A stretch of 64,000 nucleotides of DNA, taken from positions 3,008,001-3,072,000 of the forward strand of contig CAVXGK010000002.1 of the NCBI GenBank assembly GCA_963761305.1, written 5' to 3'. Under the pieces are notes generated by a model. The model did not search any database and was not told the DNA's origin. It saw only the letters and a program-made list of their open reading frames with translations. The DNA comes from an uncultured Gemmatimonadaceae bacterium. Its GTDB lineage: Bacteria > Gemmatimonadota > Gemmatimonadetes > Gemmatimonadales > Gemmatimonadaceae. The position numbers and the translations under genes are program-made. Shown in pieces: positions 28,047 to 37,366 of the stretch (position 1 is its first letter; the number at the start of each line of letters is the position of its first letter).

Positions 28047-30419
28047 TTACGGCTGCGGAGTCGCCGACTCGCCGGCGAGCTGCGGTCCGCCGGGGCCGAC
28101 CGAGCCAAGCACGTCACGCCACGCGAACTGCTTTCCGCTTCCACGCACGTAGAAGTCCATCCACTCCTTCTCGGCGACTGCCTTGAGGTACTGGTTGCGC
28201 GCGTCGGGAATGCCGTGCGTCGTGCCAGGGTACACCCAGAATTCGTTCGGCACGCCGAGCTTCGAGAGCGCCATGTGCATCTCTTCGCTCTGCGGGCGCG
28301 GCACGCGCGGGTCGCCATCGACGACGTGAATGAAGATCGGTGTCTTCGCGTTCTTGATGTACGTGATCGGCGACTGGCGCATCCAGTTCTCCAGCTGACC
28401 CGGCTCCCAGTACATCTTGTCGCCGAGGTACCACTGGCGGAGTCGCTGCGTGTCGCTCTCGGACCACATCGATATCCAGTTCGCCACGCCGGCGCCGGAG
28501 CTGATGGCCTTGAAGCGCGTCGTGTGCGTCTCGATCCAGTTCGAGTAGTGGCCGCCGGCGCTCCACCCGAGCGCGCCCATTTGCGTGCTGTCGACGAGGC
28601 CCTGCGCGATGAGGTAGTCGACGCCCGTCATGATGTCCTGGAAGCCCTTGGTGAAGTAGTCACCCTGGCTTTCGATCTTGAACTTCTCGCCGTACTGCGT
28701 GGACGCGCGATAGTTCGGCAGTAGGACGGCGTAGCCGGCGCCGGCGTAGACCTGCGCGTTGTAGCCGCCGTTGAAGCTCAGCATGTCGGCAGCCGCCGGG
28801 CCGCCGTGAATCGCGACGATCAGCGGATAGCGTTTGCCCGCCTGGTAGCCGATGGGCTTGATCAGAACGCCCGACACTCTCGTTCCGTCGTTCGACTTCC
28901 ACGTGATCTCTTCTTCGTCGCCGAGCGCGACGTCGCGCTTCACCCACTCGTTTGGATCGGTGAGCTGCGTCCACTTCGATCGATTGTTGACGTCGCCGAG
29001 CGACGCAACGGTGTAGGTCGCCGGCGGCGTGTGCGGATCGGCGTAGGTGATGAGGAAGCGACGCGTCTCGTCGTCGCGTGCGACCGAGATCGTGCCTTTG
29101 ACGTCAGTGATCTGCTTCGCCTGACCGGTGGAGACGGCAAGCGAGAAGAGTTGCGTCGTCGCGCGAACGCCCGTGCCGAAGTAGATCGTGTCGCCATTCG
29201 CCGACCAGAACGAGCTCTCGATCCCTTCGGCTCCGCCCCCGCCGCCTCGGCCGCCGGCGCGAACGTCGAGGTCGACGTTGCCGCCGATCTTGCGAAGCGG
29301 CTCTCCGGGTTGGTCGACGTGACGAACGTACATCCGCTCGTTGTGCATGTACTTGAAATCGTCCGGCGCGGAGAACGCGAGGAGCTTGCTGTCGGGCGAG
29401 AAGAGCACCGGTCCTTCGCCGATGTCGGTGTTCTTGGTGAGTCGCTCGATGGCGCCCGTGGCGACGTTCAGCAGTCGCAGATCGGCGTAGTCGTTCTGCT
29501 CGAGGTTGCCACGCTCGTAGCGGTTGGACGACATGCCGTGGAAACCGATCCACTTCCCGTCCGGTGAGATGGTGAATTCACCGACGCTGTAGCTCGTGTC
29601 GTTGGTGAGGCGGCGCTCCTGGCGCGCGTCGAGGTCGTAGACCCACAAGCTGGCGACGGATGTCGCCGGATTTCTCGGCTTCACGGTGAACTGCTTGTCG
29701 GTGCGCGCGCGGTCGTCGCGATCGATGCTGTCCGGCGACACGAAGTAGATGCGCCTCCCGTCCGGCGACCACTGCCAGCTCGTGATGCCGGTGGCGTGTC
29801 GAGTGAGCTGTGATGCTTTTGGAAAATCGCCCTCGAGTAAAGGGCGATAGAAGTCGCCGGTGGCGAGTGCGTAGATCTGTTCGTCGCCGGCGCGGCCGGA
29901 CGTGTAGACGATCGACTTGCCGTCTTTGCTGAATGAGAAATTCGAGACGCCTTCGCGCGCGTCGGTGATGCGGCGGGCTTCACCACCGTCGATGCGCATC
30001 ACGAAAATCTGATTGCGGGCGCCGCCACCACCCGCCGCGCCTGCGCCGCCGCCACGGCCTCCGGCGGCGCCACCGTTCGCAGGCGCGGTGGTCGCGTCAC
30101 GATCGGAGAGAAACGCGATGAAGCTGCCATCGCGCGACCACTTCGGGCTCGTCTCGTTCTTGTCCTTGGTGAACGTGAGCTGCCGCGTCGTCTGCAGACC
30201 GCCGTCGAACGCCACGAGGTAGATGTCGGATTGGCGGCGAGCGGAATTCCAGTCGGGAGTGCTCAGAGAGTAGAGCATCGACTTGCCGTCGGGACTCACG
30301 TCTTGGCCGGCGACCTGCCGCATGTTCTGGGCGTCGAGGAAGGTCATCGGACGTTGCGCCGATGCCGACGACGCGACGATTGCCACGAGGGCGAGGAACT
30401 GGGGGCGGTAATGTTTCAC
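28047..30419 (-). CDS. S9 family (prolyl oligopeptidase/acylaminoacyl-peptidase-like) secreted peptidase
   Basis: GTG at 30419 with GGAG RBS and signal peptide; PD40 repeats (WSPDG); HGGP, GWSAGG nucleophile, DPRVP and YPGTTHG triad motifs. Confidence 0.93.
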   Translation of the reverse strand: MKHYRPQFLALVAIVASSASAQRPMTFLDAQNMRQVAGQDVSPDGKSMLYSLSTPDWNSARRQSDIYLVAFDGGLQTTRQLTFTKDKNETSPKWSRDGSFIAFLSDRDATTAPANGGAAGGRGGGAGAAGGGGARNQIFVMRIDGGEARRITDAREGVSNFSFSKDGKSIVYTSGRAGDEQIYALATGDFYRPLLEGDFPKASQLTRHATGITSWQWSPDGRRIYFVSPDSIDRDDRARTDKQFTVKPRNPATSVASLWVYDLDARQERRLTNDTSYSVGEFTISPDGKWIGFHGMSSNRYERGNLEQNDYADLRLLNVATGAIERLTKNTDIGEGPVLFSPDSKLLAFSAPDDFKYMHNERMYVRHVDQPGEPLRKIGGNVDLDVRAGGRGGGGGAEGIESSFWSANGDTIYFGTGVRATTQLFSLAVSTGQAKQITDVKGTISVARDDETRRFLITYADPHTPPATYTVASLGDVNNRSKWTQLTDPNEWVKRDVALGDEEEITWKSNDGTRVSGVLIKPIGYQAGKRYPLIVAIHGGPAAADMLSFNGGYNAQVYAGAGYAVLLPNYRASTQYGEKFKIESQGDYFTKGFQDIMTGVDYLIAQGLVDSTQMGALGWSAGGHYSNWIETHTTRFKAISSGAGVANWISMWSESDTQRLRQWYLGDKMYWEPGQLENWMRQSPITYIKNAKTPIFIHVVDGDPRVPRPQSEEMHMALSKLGVPNEFWVYPGTTHGIPDARNQYLKAVAEKEWMDFYVRGSGKQFAWRDVLGSVGPGGPQLAGESATPQP

Positions 30420-30622
30420 GGTGGGACTCCGTAGAGGCAGGCTCTTAGTATGTCGCACGACGGGAAAGGCCGCCACAACGGCGGCGGGTGCGGAGGCGGG
30501 GTGCGGAGAACTGGGACGAGGGCGGTGGCGGAGTGCGGCGGTGATGCGTCTGGCGATGCCAGCGTCGTGGGTTTCTATTTGAATTTCGAACTCTTCCTCC
30601 ACCATTTCGAAAAGCGCGCCCC

Positions 30623-32443
30623 ATGACCGAGCCGATTTCGCGACGCGACTGGATCAAGACGGTTGGGGTCGTCGGCGCCGGCGCCATCGTCGCGTCGGAC
30701 GCCGTGCTGACGGAAACGGCTGAGGCCGCGACGGTCGCGGCCGCCGCGCCGGCGATGGTGCCCGCCGGTCCGCCGGGCGAGGTCGTCGACCTGGTATCGA
30801 CGAGCGAGATCTTCGTCCCGGCGCGCGGGCGGTCCTACCAGAAGTTCAGCTACGACTTCCCCGAACCGTCGGTCGTTTTCGGCGACTATCGCTTCGGATT
30901 CCTCGTATTCACTGACGAGAACACGTACGGGCTCGACCGTTCCGCGCTCCGCGCCGACGGCAACGGCGACTCGATGCGCATCACCTGCGACCGATTCGTG
31001 TGGGCGGGCGGCCAGGAGCACGCGCCCGGCAAGCTCGTCGCGTTGCTCCGTCGAACGGACTCGACAATCGAGTGGGACACGACGGTCGAAATGAATCGGC
31101 CGGTGAAGACGGTCACGACGATCGTTCGGGGCGTGCCGCGCGGCGCTCTGTCGTTCGGCGGCGGTGGCTTTCCGCAGCAACAGAATCAACAGAACGACAG
31201 CGAGAGCCTGGTCGGCTATCCGTTCGGCGGCGGCGACCTCAACGCGTCGGGCAGCATGGGCACGCCGTTGCTCATGATCCAGACGCCGTCGGACGTCTTC
31301 TATCTCTCCTCACTCGACGACCGGGTTCGGCCCAAGCGCTTCTATCTGGCGCCCGGCGACGCGAGCTACCGCGTCGAAGCGATCCACGAGCACGACGCGT
31401 GGCGCAACGACAACCGCGTCACCGTCCCGACGTGGCGACTCGGCCGAGTGGCGTCGGCGGACGAAGCGGTGAATCTGCACATGGCGCACATCGAACGCGC
31501 GTACGCGATTCCCGCGTGGGAGACGCGCGCCGACGTGCCGGCGTGGACGCGCAACATCGCGATGGTGACGACGCTCCACGGCATGCACTACACCGGCTAC
31601 ATGTTCAACGATTACGCGAAGATGCTCGACACGCTGCGCTGGATGTCGACGCAAATTCCCGGCGACCGCGTCCTGGCGTTCATCTCGGCGTGGGACGGCC
31701 GGTACTACTGGGACTATCCGACGTACCGTGTATCGGATCGGATGGGCGGCGAGGCCGGCTTCCGAAAGCTCATCGACGAAGGACACAAGCTCGGCTTCAA
31801 GATCATGCCGATGTACGGCATGAATTCGGCAAACAAGAAACTGGATAGCTGGCCGAAGATCTCCGATTCGATCACGCAGAAAGTCGATGGGAACGTGTAC
31901 AACCTGGATTGGGTGGATTGGAACAACGATCGCCACCAGGACGGCTGGCTCGGCTACATGAACCTCGGCGCCGACTCGTGGAGGAACCATCTCGAGGGGC
32001 GCATCGCCGAGATGATCGACCGCTACGGAGTCGACGCGTACTTCCTCGACATCGCCGGCGGGCACGTCAACAGCACGAACGGCGACATGCACGAGGGTAC
32101 AAAGCGACTCGTGACGAATCTCCGCACGCGATTCCCGCACGTGCTCTGCGTGGGCGAGATGCCCTACGACGCGCTGCACGGCTTCATCCCGATGTATCAC
32201 GCCGGCGGCGGGCCGCGCTGGCAGAGGTACAGCAAGTTCTTCCAACACTTGAGCAGCCCGGCGCCGGGTCGCGGCTCGAGCGGCGTGCACGAGTCGGGCT
32301 TCGGGCGATTCAACAACGAGACGCTGTCGCTCTCGCCGAACGCGATTCCGACTCTGCAGATCGTCGATGACACGTTCGCGAAACACCGCGACGTGATGGC
32401 GGCGATCATTCAAAAAGCGAAAGAGCGCTCGGGCATCGCGTGA
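30623..32443 (+). CDS. Tat-exported unclassified glycoside hydrolase-like protein (probable TIM barrel)
   Basis: SRRDWIK Tat motif; GGEAGFRKLIDEGHKLGFKIMP, YGVDAYFLDIAG and VGEMPYD resemble TIM-barrel GH elements. Family not recognised. Confidence 0.65.
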   Translation: MTEPISRRDWIKTVGVVGAGAIVASDAVLTETAEAATVAAAAPAMVPAGPPGEVVDLVSTSEIFVPARGRSYQKFSYDFPEPSVVFGDYRFGFLVFTDENTYGLDRSALRADGNGDSMRITCDRFVWAGGQEHAPGKLVALLRRTDSTIEWDTTVEMNRPVKTVTTIVRGVPRGALSFGGGGFPQQQNQQNDSESLVGYPFGGGDLNASGSMGTPLLMIQTPSDVFYLSSLDDRVRPKRFYLAPGDASYRVEAIHEHDAWRNDNRVTVPTWRLGRVASADEAVNLHMAHIERAYAIPAWETRADVPAWTRNIAMVTTLHGMHYTGYMFNDYAKMLDTLRWMSTQIPGDRVLAFISAWDGRYYWDYPTYRVSDRMGGEAGFRKLIDEGHKLGFKIMPMYGMNSANKKLDSWPKISDSITQKVDGNVYNLDWVDWNNDRHQDGWLGYMNLGADSWRNHLEGRIAEMIDRYGVDAYFLDIAGGHVNSTNGDMHEGTKRLVTNLRTRFPHVLCVGEMPYDALHGFIPMYHAGGGPRWQRYSKFFQHLSSPAPGRGSSGVHESGFGRFNNETLSLSPNAIPTLQIVDDTFAKHRDVMAAIIQKAKERSGIA

Positions 32444-33159
32444 GACCGGACACCAGCGAGTTCAGCGTGCTGCGCACGACCGCGTGTCGAGCGAACGTCG
32501 AGTTGGCGCGACGCGGGCTGGCGCGGTTCACGTTCGGCAATGCCAGCGCGGTCGATCGCGAGCTCGGTGTGGTGGCGATCAAGCCGAGCGGCGTGCCGTA
32601 CGACGATCTCGCACCCGAGTCGATGGTCGTCGTCGAGCTCGGAGGTAAGGTCGTCGGCGGCGACCTGCGGCCATCATCCGATTTGGCGACGCACCTCGAG
32701 CTGTATCGCGCGTTCGGATCGATCGGCGGCGTCGTGCACACGCATTCTCACTATGCGACGGTGTGGGCGCAGGCGCAGCGCGAGATTCCGTGCCTCGGCA
32801 CCACGCACGCCGACTATTTTCACGGCCCGGTGCCGGTGACGACGCACCTCGACAGCCTCGAGATCACGGAGGATTACGAGGCGAACACTGGGCGAGCGAT
32901 CGTGCGGCGCTTCGAGCACGACGCGCTGGACCCGCTACGCGTGCCGGCGTGTCTCGTCGCGGGGCACGCGAGCTTCTGCTGGGGAGCGTCGGTGGCGCGA
33001 GCGGTGGAGGTCGCGAGCTTGCTGGAAGACGTCGCTCGCATGGCGTACGACACGATCACCCTGAACGCCGCGGCGGATCCGATTCCTGTTCCGTTGCTCG
33101 ACAAGCACTTCTTGCGCAAGCACGGACCCGACGCGTACTACGGCCAGAGAGACCGCTGA
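32440..33159 (+). CDS. araD: L-ribulose-5-phosphate 4-epimerase
   Basis: FTFGNAS, IKPSGVPY, PSSDLATH, GGVVHTHS, GTTHADYFHG, LLDKHFLRKHGPDAYYGQ. Confidence 0.95.
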   Translation: MRPDTSEFSVLRTTACRANVELARRGLARFTFGNASAVDRELGVVAIKPSGVPYDDLAPESMVVVELGGKVVGGDLRPSSDLATHLELYRAFGSIGGVVHTHSHYATVWAQAQREIPCLGTTHADYFHGPVPVTTHLDSLEITEDYEANTGRAIVRRFEHDALDPLRVPACLVAGHASFCWGASVARAVEVASLLEDVARMAYDTITLNAAADPIPVPLLDKHFLRKHGPDAYYGQRDR

Positions 33160-33209
33160 CAGCTGTCAGGTCGGAGTTGGGAGAGCGTCGAGCGAAGAGT
33201 GTTTGCCGC

Positions 33210-35471
33210 TCAGAGCGCGACGTCGAGGGCACGACCGCTGAAGTCGATCGTCTTCACGATCGAAGAGCCGACAACTCTCACATTCACGCGGCGCGGATTC
33301 GGCGAGCGCATCCTGAAGCCGGGCGCGAGGCGGAGCGCGAGTCGTCTCGGTGCGTCGTGCCAACTCATGATCACGCGCATCGCGTCGCCGCGGCGGTAGT
33401 CGAACGAGTTGCCGTCGTCCTCGTACCACGTGGACTCGCCGTCAGCGCCGGGGTAAACGACCAGTGTCGTCGGTTCGGCGACCGGTTCGTCGGTGTACTG
33501 CCGGACAGGATCCATCGGGATCACCGATCCCGCACGCACGTAGAGCGGCAGCGTAGCCAAACCCACCGCGCGCTCGATCTCCGCGCCTCCCTCGACCGGC
33601 TCTTCTTTCCAGAAGTCGAACCACTTGCCCCGCGGTAGATAGACGCGGCGGCTCGTCGCGCCTTTCTCCACGACCGGTGCGACGAGGATGTCCCGGCCCC
33701 AGAGATATTCGTCGCCGCGGGCGACGGCCGACGCGTCATCCGCGTGATGCAACCAGAGCGCGCGCATGATCGGCATGCCCGTGTCGTGCGTCTCACGAAC
33801 AGCGGTGTACAGGTACGGCATCAGCCGATAGCGGAGCTCGAGGTATTGACGACAGATCGGCTCGACCTGCGTGTTGTGCAGCTCGGCTGGATCGGCCTTG
33901 AAGTTCTGCGTCTCTGGAGGACCACCGTCACCGCCGTCCCATCCCCATGGGAGATGCAGATGCCAGTTGCGGCCGTGCGAGCGAAACACGGGACAGAACG
34001 CCGCGAACTGGAACCAGCGTACGTACAGCTCTCCGGTGTACTCCGCGGTTGGAATGAACCCGCCGATGTCGGTGCCCCAATACGGAAGTCCCGTGAGACC
34101 CGTATTGATCGCGACGGGCACGTGCGTCTTGAGTGTCTCCCAGCGCGACTGCACGTCGCCCGACCAGATCAATCCGCCGAAGCGCTGCACGCCGGCCGAC
34201 GCGTTGCGATGGAGCGCGAACGGTCGCTGATTCGGGTGAAAGAGCTGCGTGCCTTCCCAGTACATGCGATGTCGATTCAGCTCCGACGGACCGTCGAAGC
34301 CATCGCCTTGATCCGGCCACCAGCCGTCGACGCCGTCGTCCATCACGGATTTGTGAAACGGCCAGTAGCACGACGCCTGGCGATCCGGCGGCCACTTGTT
34401 GTCCGCCGTTCGGCCACTCGGCAGCGGCGGCGCGGTGCACACATCCGCGACCGTTCCCGTGAGAAGCTTGCCCTCGATGACGACGTGCACGATCACCTTG
34501 AAGTGTTCGTCGTGCAATGCGGCAAGCTGCTTGCGCGGTTCCGGAAAGTTGACCGGGTGCCACGTGAATTCGCCGTTCCGCGTGTTCCAGCCCGACGGCG
34601 CGAACTCGGTGCCGAGGTAGATGAGCGCGTCGCACGGCAGCTTCTTCTCGCGCATCGTGCGCGCGATGCCGGCGATCTGCTCCGGTCCTTCGAGCGTGCG
34701 ATGCGATTGCTGATAGCCGAACGCCCAGCGCGGGGGCATCTCGGGCAATCCCGTGATGCGCGCGTATTCGCGCATGATCACCGCGGGATCCTTCGACGCG
34801 ACGACAAAGATGTCGAGCGGCAGCGACGCATCCTTCGGCGTGAACCTGCCGGAGGGTCCCGAGAAATCGAACTCGCCTGTCGGCTGGTGGATGAACATCG
34901 CCCACCCATCCGTGCCGACGAGCCATTGAATCGGCGCGCGCGTGCCGTGCGTCGACAGTCGGTAGCCGCCTTGGCCGATGATCATCCGATCGGTCGAGCC
35001 CTTGCGATCGAACTGCGGCCCGCCCTCGCCGAGTCCGAGCAATGGACCGTCGCCGAGGAGAAACGACATGCCGGGCGACGTCGCGTCGAGCACGAGTCGC
35101 TGCGCCAGTGCGCCGGCGCGCGTTTCGACGGTGAGGGTCGGTGGCGCGTCGCTGAACTTGATCGTGAGATCGCCGGCGCGAACACGGGTGAGTGCTGCCA
35201 AATCTCGCGCCCGTGTGAGCGGCTTGCCGAGTTTTTCCGCGAGGAGCTCACCGGTGAACGGCACAGGATCGGCGACGCCGTTTCGCAGCGGTTGAATGGT
35301 GATGCGCGCCGTCGATGCACTCAACGAGGCCACCGCGATCTCGACCGGCTGCCCCGCGACGACGATTTCCTTCGCGCTACCGCGAATGAAGGTGGGGCGG
35401 CCGAGGGCGAGCACGGCGCCGGCCGAGCCGAGTTGCTTCAGGGCATCACGACGCGAGACGTTGTCGCTCAT
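33210..35471 (-). CDS. Tat-exported GH31 glycoside hydrolase (alpha-xylosidase/glucosidase-like)
   Basis: SRRDALK Tat motif; MPPRWAFGYQQS, WSGDV, WGTDIGGF, ELYVRWFQF, LRYRLMPYLY, GMPIMRAL. Confidence 0.92.
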   Translation of the reverse strand: MSDNVSRRDALKQLGSAGAVLALGRPTFIRGSAKEIVVAGQPVEIAVASLSASTARITIQPLRNGVADPVPFTGELLAEKLGKPLTRARDLAALTRVRAGDLTIKFSDAPPTLTVETRAGALAQRLVLDATSPGMSFLLGDGPLLGLGEGGPQFDRKGSTDRMIIGQGGYRLSTHGTRAPIQWLVGTDGWAMFIHQPTGEFDFSGPSGRFTPKDASLPLDIFVVASKDPAVIMREYARITGLPEMPPRWAFGYQQSHRTLEGPEQIAGIARTMREKKLPCDALIYLGTEFAPSGWNTRNGEFTWHPVNFPEPRKQLAALHDEHFKVIVHVVIEGKLLTGTVADVCTAPPLPSGRTADNKWPPDRQASCYWPFHKSVMDDGVDGWWPDQGDGFDGPSELNRHRMYWEGTQLFHPNQRPFALHRNASAGVQRFGGLIWSGDVQSRWETLKTHVPVAINTGLTGLPYWGTDIGGFIPTAEYTGELYVRWFQFAAFCPVFRSHGRNWHLHLPWGWDGGDGGPPETQNFKADPAELHNTQVEPICRQYLELRYRLMPYLYTAVRETHDTGMPIMRALWLHHADDASAVARGDEYLWGRDILVAPVVEKGATSRRVYLPRGKWFDFWKEEPVEGGAEIERAVGLATLPLYVRAGSVIPMDPVRQYTDEPVAEPTTLVVYPGADGESTWYEDDGNSFDYRRGDAMRVIMSWHDAPRRLALRLAPGFRMRSPNPRRVNVRVVGSSIVKTIDFSGRALDVAL

Positions 35472-35509
35472 GTCATAGCGGCGGCCACTATGGACGGTTA
35501 CTAAAACTC

Positions 35510-35609
35510 AACACAGATGCCGCAGATTCGAACGACAATGCCGCAGATGACCAACGAGTTATTGTTGTTCATCTCCGGCATCTCTTTTCCAATCTGCGGC
35601 ATCTGCGTT
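35510..35609. repeat. Palindromic element, family B (copy 2)
   Basis: Outer arms aacacagatgccgcagatt / aatctgcggcatctgcgtt; inner arms atgccgcagatga / tcatctccggcat. Confidence 0.88.
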
Positions 35610-35637
35610 CAATTTTCTCTCCCGAAAACGAAGCCCA

Positions 35638-36495
35638 TCAGCCAAACGTGAGCCGGCGCAGGTACTCACAGTTGACACGCGCGCTCGCCATCTCATCGGT
35701 CGGACTCTCCTGCTCCACATAGCACGGCTTGTGCGCGAGATCCGGAATCACGGCCAGGAATCGCGCGAAGTCGAACGTGCCGGTGCCCATCTCCGTGTCG
35801 CGCGAACCGTCGGCGACGACGTCCTTGAGATGGAAGCTCCAGTATCGGTCACGGTGAGCCGCCAGATATCGCATCGGATCGCCGTGCCCCATGAGCATGT
35901 TGCCGACGTCGAGTTGGAGACGCACCGCGGCGGGGTCGAGCCGCGCGACAAACTCGTCGTACGGCACGGCGCCGTCGATCGGCGTCATGTGATCGGGCTC
36001 GTTGTGGAACGCGAGCCAGATTCCCGCGCGACGCGCCGCGGCGCCCGCGGTGTTGAATCGATCCGCCCACTGCCGCCACGCGTCGAGCGAATGCTGTGTT
36101 TCGTCGGGCAGGCTCGGCACGATCAAGTACTGGTGCCCGAGCAGGTGCGCCTTCTCGAGGCTCTTGTCCCAGTCGCGGAGCATCGTCTCCGGCGCCATGT
36201 GCGCCGACGGAGCGGCGAGGCCCTCGTGGTCGAGCGTGGCGCGCACCTGCTGCGGCGTTCGACCAAAATTGTCGAACGACCACAAGAGCTCGACGTCGCG
36301 ATATCCGATCGCGCGCACCGCAGCGAGCGTCCGTTCGGGATCCGCGCGCATCGCCTTGCGCACGGCATAGAGCTCCAACCCGATGCGATCGAGTCTGGCA
36401 ACCTCGTTGAGCCGCGAGGCGCCCGCGCGAAACGGCGCGACGATGCCACCTGCTACGGCCGCGCCCATCGCCTGAACGAACGTCCGTCGTTTCAT
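35638..36495 (-). CDS. Tat-exported sugar phosphate isomerase/epimerase (xylose-isomerase-like TIM barrel)
   Basis: MKRRTFVQ Tat motif; AFHNEP, QLDVGN, SFHLKD and YVEQE metal motifs. Confidence 0.88.
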   Translation of the reverse strand: MKRRTFVQAMGAAVAGGIVAPFRAGASRLNEVARLDRIGLELYAVRKAMRADPERTLAAVRAIGYRDVELLWSFDNFGRTPQQVRATLDHEGLAAPSAHMAPETMLRDWDKSLEKAHLLGHQYLIVPSLPDETQHSLDAWRQWADRFNTAGAAARRAGIWLAFHNEPDHMTPIDGAVPYDEFVARLDPAAVRLQLDVGNMLMGHGDPMRYLAAHRDRYWSFHLKDVVADGSRDTEMGTGTFDFARFLAVIPDLAHKPCYVEQESPTDEMASARVNCEYLRRLTFG

Positions 36496-36565
36496 GCGAC
36501 AACACTACCCGCTCTCACCCGGCTTGGCCATATTCGGCGCGCTCCGCTGCCCCGGGTTCCCACAC

Positions 36566-37345
36566 ATGACCGCTTTGGACCGCTCGCCAACAGAAGTGCA
36601 CGATTTCGCCGGCCGTGTCGCCATCGTGACCGGAGCGTCGCGCGGTCTCGGACGGGCGGCTGTCGCTCGGCTGCGAGAGCGTGGCGCCAGCGTGGCGGTC
36701 AACGTACGCGATCGCGCGCGCGCCGAGTCGGTGATCGCGTCGCTCGGCGGTGGCGAGCACCTGTTGGCGGTCCCCGGTGACATCTCGGCCGAGGGTGTCC
36801 CGGAAGAGATCGTACAGCAAACGATGACGCACTTCGGCCGCGTCGACGTACTGGTCAACAACGCGGCTCACGCTCGGTCGACGCGCTTTCCGGATCTCTC
36901 CGCCGCCGAGTGGCGCGAGGCCGTCGAGGTGAACCTGACGATTCCGTTTTTGTTCATTCAGGCCGTGCTGCCCGCGATGAAGGCGCAACACTACGGCCGC
37001 GTCGTCAATATCTCATCGACGGCCGGACGAACCGTGAGCACGCTCGGCGGGGCGCACTACACCGCGTCGAAGGCCGGGTTGCTCGGGCTGACGCGCGCGG
37101 CGGCAAAGGAGCTCGGACAGTTCGGCATCACGGTCAACGCGATCTGCCCGGGCCTCATCGACACGGAGCTCACGCGCGAGACGGCGAACAACGATCTGCT
37201 GGAGCGACTTGCCGCGGGGTTTCCGGTTCCGCGACTCGGCACGGCGCGCGAAGTGGCGGACCTCATTTGCTTCATCGCTTCGGAAGAGGCGGGCTACATG
37301 ACCGGCACGTCGCTCGACATCTCGGGCGGCGACCTGATGATGTAA
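36566..37345 (+). CDS. SDR family oxidoreductase (FabG-like)
   Basis: VTGASRGLG, LVNNAA, YTASK (YxxxK), NAICPG. Confidence 0.93.
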   Translation: MTALDRSPTEVHDFAGRVAIVTGASRGLGRAAVARLRERGASVAVNVRDRARAESVIASLGGGEHLLAVPGDISAEGVPEEIVQQTMTHFGRVDVLVNNAAHARSTRFPDLSAAEWREAVEVNLTIPFLFIQAVLPAMKAQHYGRVVNISSTAGRTVSTLGGAHYTASKAGLLGLTRAAAKELGQFGITVNAICPGLIDTELTRETANNDLLERLAAGFPVPRLGTAREVADLICFIASEEAGYMTGTSLDISGGDLMM

Positions 37346-37366
37346 AGCCATCTACACACGGCCGAC

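Noticed and set aside
30420..30622. Riboswitch or sugar-regulator operator in the divergent intergenic region
   Set aside because: It has a G-rich then AT-rich stretch but no recognisable aptamer or convincing palindrome.
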